Positions 60,101 through 64,000 of a DNA stretch of 64,000 nt are shown one piece after another (within the stretch, counting starts at the first letter, position 1; every line of letters starts with the position of its first letter). The notes beneath the pieces are model-generated. The model searched no databases and was not told the DNA's origin. It worked only from the letters and a program-made list of their open reading frames with translations. Source of the DNA: Podarcis melisellensis (lineage: Eukaryota); assembly GCA_964234715.1 (NCBI GenBank), contig OZ174277.1. One strand, 5' to 3'. Both the position numbers and the translations under genes were made by a program.

Positions 60101-62339
60101 AGTGTTCTGCAGCAGATCACAACAACAACATCCTACCTGTGTTATATCAGCTGTTGATCATCTTCACTGCAGTTCCACAAAAAGGTCAAAAGGGCCAGTA
60201 CCCTTTGCAAATGATATTTTTATTATATGGCTGCACCTTTCAAAATACCCATTATCTGTCATCGAAGCACATCTGAAGAAATAGAGAACCCAGCCATGCC
60301 ACAATAAACAATGCTATCACCTCTGCTAGGTGAGCTATAAATCAGCCACGGAGAAGCCATTGTACAAAGGCCATGTAAGGCATCTGGGCAGTAGCAGCAC
60401 AAGACAGCCAGCACCAGAAAACTCTACCTGTGCAGGTGGGCTATCACTGAAGCAGGAAAAGAGTGAGGGCAATACATCAACTGGTAGCTATTAGAAACCT
60501 ATTACAAGAAGCCTTGGTAGACTTATGGGGTTTGGGGAAGAAATGTGATCTTTTCTGCATTTTCAGGCTTCTTGACAGATCATAATCTTTCCTAATCCTA
60601 TAAACAAACTCTTCAATGTGAATAAGAGCAGGTGGGGAAACAATGACATCTTCCACATGTATTGGAGGTACAGTAGATATTATTCATCTTCAGTTCAGAA
60701 ACTGGAAGTAATTTGTTAATTTTGTGAGCTTTATTATATCATTCCTGGGTATGCTACAATGCTTCCAAGGAATCTCCCATACAAGACTGAGCTCCTCCTT
60801 TAATAGGTTCTATCACCCACTTTATGGGTGCCTGTATAAATGGCCATACCTATCCCCTTGATTTCTAGAAGTAACCATCTCATCCCAAAGCTTGATTTAC
60901 ACTAGTGGCCTGACAATGGCAAAACTAAGATTTAACAACTGGATTTAAAGGAAGCACAGTTCCTTTATTATCTGATGGGTAAGCCCTGGCTTCCCATCTG
61001 ACAATAGATTAAAGCCATTTCCATGGGAGAGTTAAGTGTTGAGTTGAGAAGCAGTTCCCTTCGAAGTGTTTGCTTTGTAGAAAACCGACACACATTCTTT
61101 GCCACTGTTATAGACAAAGCTCTTTTCTATAACAGCATGGTAGGGCACATTGTTTTGTTGCAGGCTGGATTAATGTAACCCATTATAAGGTACTAGCGGC
61201 ATGCTTGTTGGCAACAATCCACAGCAGACATAAGCCCACAGTGTTTAAAAACACTGGCTATCAAGCACTACCTTTTTGGAAAGGCTATGCTTCCTTCTAC
61301 AGAGGAGGCAACAAATTGCCAGCAGAACTTCAGCGTTGCCTGCCTGGCCATTTAATTCTTCCATTTGCATAAAAGACAAGCGGAAATTCATTAAGTGAAG
61401 TTAAATAATGTCACAGTGCAGTGATTGATTTTGAAAATCATATCCTTTTATCTTTGTCAGAGCAGAGCTCAAGTCACATAAGTGAAAGAGTTTTGCCATC
61501 AATGTGAGGCAAACCCTGATGAAAAGAAGAAAAATAGGCCCTGGTTTGCTTTCAGTGTTGCCTCTCTCTTTCCCCTACCCACCCACTCTTTTCTGCTGTA
61601 GGGAAAAGTCACACATGCCCTAGGGGGAAGCTCAGAGTTCTCTCTGATGTTGTGCATCTGAGTAACAAAATGAATACTGTGGCTTTCATTAAGCGCTATA
61701 CTTCCCATCTGTGGACACAATGTACTTACCAATGCAGATTAGGGCCTTCTGATTTGCAATGCAGACGAGTCCTTTACACATCCATAGTGTGGCTGGAGAC
61801 TTCAAAGCCTTCTTTTTTTCCAAAGAACAAAGCAGATTAATGACGAAGGATCTGTTTATTGTATGCATTCCCCTGTAGATGAAATGTTCGTAAGCTAGGG
61901 GGCGAGCACAAAAGCACAGCAAATCATAGAATTGCAGAGTTGGAAAGGAACCCTGAGAGTTATCTACTCCAACTCCCTGCAAATACCTACCTCAAGACCT
62001 AGGCCTGAAGTCTTATAACCATTGTCCTCAGAGCAAGCAAGAGAGGCTCTTTTCTGATCCTCACCACTAACTCTATGTACCTTAAAGTCACATTGTCATG
62101 GTCTACAAGCAAAATATTAATGGAAGAACAGTTGAGGCAGGTACATCCTGGGTCTTCTAAGGAATGACAACCTCTGGTTGGCAACTGCTTCATAGGATGC
62201 ACAACTAGCCAGCTCTCTTGCTGCTTTAGGACAGGAATAGCCCATGTGGTGCCCTCCAGATGTTGTTGGACTACAACTCCCAGAAGCAGCATCACTACAG
62301 CATACGAGAAGCAGGAGGAGTGAAGTGACAGTGATATTA

Positions 62340-62690
62340 TATGTGGCCACGGCAGCCCCTTCCCTCTTTGTGCTGCCGGGTTCTTCATCGGGTTCCGGCG
62401 GTCGTGGATTCTGTCTGATGCCCTGCTGGGCTGGTGGCCATGGCACGACCCCCGGTGACATCAGGGCTTACAGTTGTATTTGCATCAACAGGCTCCCCCT
62501 ACTGGTGATTAACCCCCGCTAGACTCACCCCTCTCTGAGTGGGTGGAGTCAACTTTGCTGTTATTCCAATGCCTAAGCCAATACCTCTCACATGCTGTAA
62601 TCAAGTAAAGTTGTAGCCTTTTGTAGCCCATAAACCTAAAATGCTGTGTCCATGTGTCTTTCTTATCCCAAGCAAAGAGGGTATGGTCCT
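62340..62690 (+). mobile_element. DIRS/Ngaro-like terminal-repeat remnant
   Basis: CCAATGCCTAAGCCAATACCT...AATCAAGTAAAGTTGTAGCCTTTT...TGTGTCCATGTGTCTT is homologous to the reverse complement of 22383-22477. The family assignment is inferred. Confidence 0.55.
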
Positions 62691-63519
62691 CGAATCACAA
62701 CACCCCTTCTCCACCGGCCAATTCTGATCATATGTAAGAAGAGCATGCAATAAGTTTTTCAGTAGCTCCACACTTGTCCCCCACCCAACAAACTCAAACT
62801 TTACCAAAGTTGTCTGACAGACGAAACCACTTCATAAACAGGCTGAGTCATTTCCTGATAAGTTGGGAGGTAATGAATGATCACTGACTTTTATAAATGA
62901 AAGTAAGCTCCCCCCCCCCTTTTCCTTCTCTCCCAGACAGAGAAGTGACACCTTTGAAAGAGGGCAGGGTGAGTGCTTCAAGCTTCATGGAGTTAAAATG
63001 CCATGAAAGAGCCCTTGGAAGCTGATGAGAGCTTTTACTGGGGGGGAGAAAGCAGGAGGCAGAGCAAAAGGCCATCTGGTGTTCCCCTTGGGGGAACAGA
63101 ATTGTACTACTTTGTACTGAATGTGTGTTTAATGAGTTTGAATGGCAACTATAAAAACTAGTGATCAAACGGGTAGTAAAATTCACTGAATGCAGAATAA
63201 TTCAATGCTGCTAGCCAGCAAAGAAGAAAGGGACACATGGGAGCACGAAAAAGATAAAGAGTGACTGGGCAGTCATCCTGTTCCATCACTGTTAACACAA
63301 AAGTTAAACCCACTCATCATGACTCAACTTTTATCTTTTTAGTTTCTTGATTTATGGGAAGCAAGCATAGGTACCCTCTGCTACAGAGATCCTGGTAGCA
63401 CATACTCCTTCAGGTGGGGAAGCAGCTCTTGGACCAAGATAGCCTGGCCACTGTGGTCCTGGCATTCATCGCCCGAAGACTGAATTACTGCAAGGCACTC
63501 TTCGTGGGGGTTCCCTTGG

Positions 63520-63730
63520 ACTTCAACCAGAAGCAGCAAATTGGTTGATTGGGTTATCTCATCCATACAATAGAATATCTCTGTTGAGGGATCCACACTG
63601 GCTGCCAATATGCTACTGGGCACAGTTCAAGATCTTGTGTTTGGCATTTAAAGCCCTGATCAACTTGGCTCCGGTTTACCTAAGGGATCAGCTTGGCCCA
63701 TGTATTCCCGCCTGGCAACAGCTATGAGGC
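63520..63730 (+). mobile_element. L2 LINE fragment
   Basis: ISLLRDPHWLPICYWAQFKILCLAFKALINLAPVYLRDQL matches the L2 motif HITPxLxxLHWLP...FKAL.GLAP.YL. Confidence 0.85.
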
Positions 63731-64000
63731 TGCCATTGTTCGTCTCTGGGAATAGCTGCAAGAAAGGAGATCTATGTCTGTGATGAATGTGCAGTTCTGC
63801 TTGTGATAGAAGCCAATTGAGAGCCTTTTAGGGTCCTGAAGGCCTCAGGGACACGCTGAAATGCAACGTGCATGCACAAACAAGGAACTACCAACATGGC
63901 ACTATATCCTCAATGTGGGACTATCATGCAATTCTACTGCAGATGTTTTATGGGGCCTCCACTCACATATTGGCAAATTCAAGTTATGCAATTATACGAT

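Noticed and set aside
60195-60240. Peptide FANDIFIIWLH resembling the Penelope RT motif YIDDIFIIW
   Set aside because: An isolated short match with no flanking RT motifs.

Overview
This is eukaryotic, repeat-rich DNA with no recognisable host protein-coding exon, so it is probably intergenic or part of a large intron. The repeat content points to a squamate, most likely a lacertid lizard: Sauria SINEs, Squam3B-type SINEs with (CTT)n tails, BovB/RTE, L2, CR1, Penelope, and many hAT and Tc1/mariner MITEs. Family names are from memory of consensus sequences, not from a database search. The only long real coding content is a full-length ~5.9 kb L1 retrotransposon on the minus strand (37704-43599). 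It has a perfect 17-bp TSD, a CpG-rich 5'UTR promoter, one frameshift in ORF1 and one premature stop in ORF2. Nearly all other ORFs in the track are spurious or are TE fragments. The less obvious structures are: (i) a 373-bp insert flanked by a 135-bp near-perfect direct duplication; (ii) three related DIRS/Ngaro-like tyrosine-recombinase retroelement remnants; (iii) an inverted pair of decayed minimal hammerhead-ribozyme cores; (iv) an old ~270-bp non-coding duplication; (v) two solo LTRs with TSDs; (vi) a candidate 20-nt micro-exon; and (vii) several repeat-free blocks resembling conserved enhancers. I found no convincing new multi-gene system; items i-iv are the best leads.
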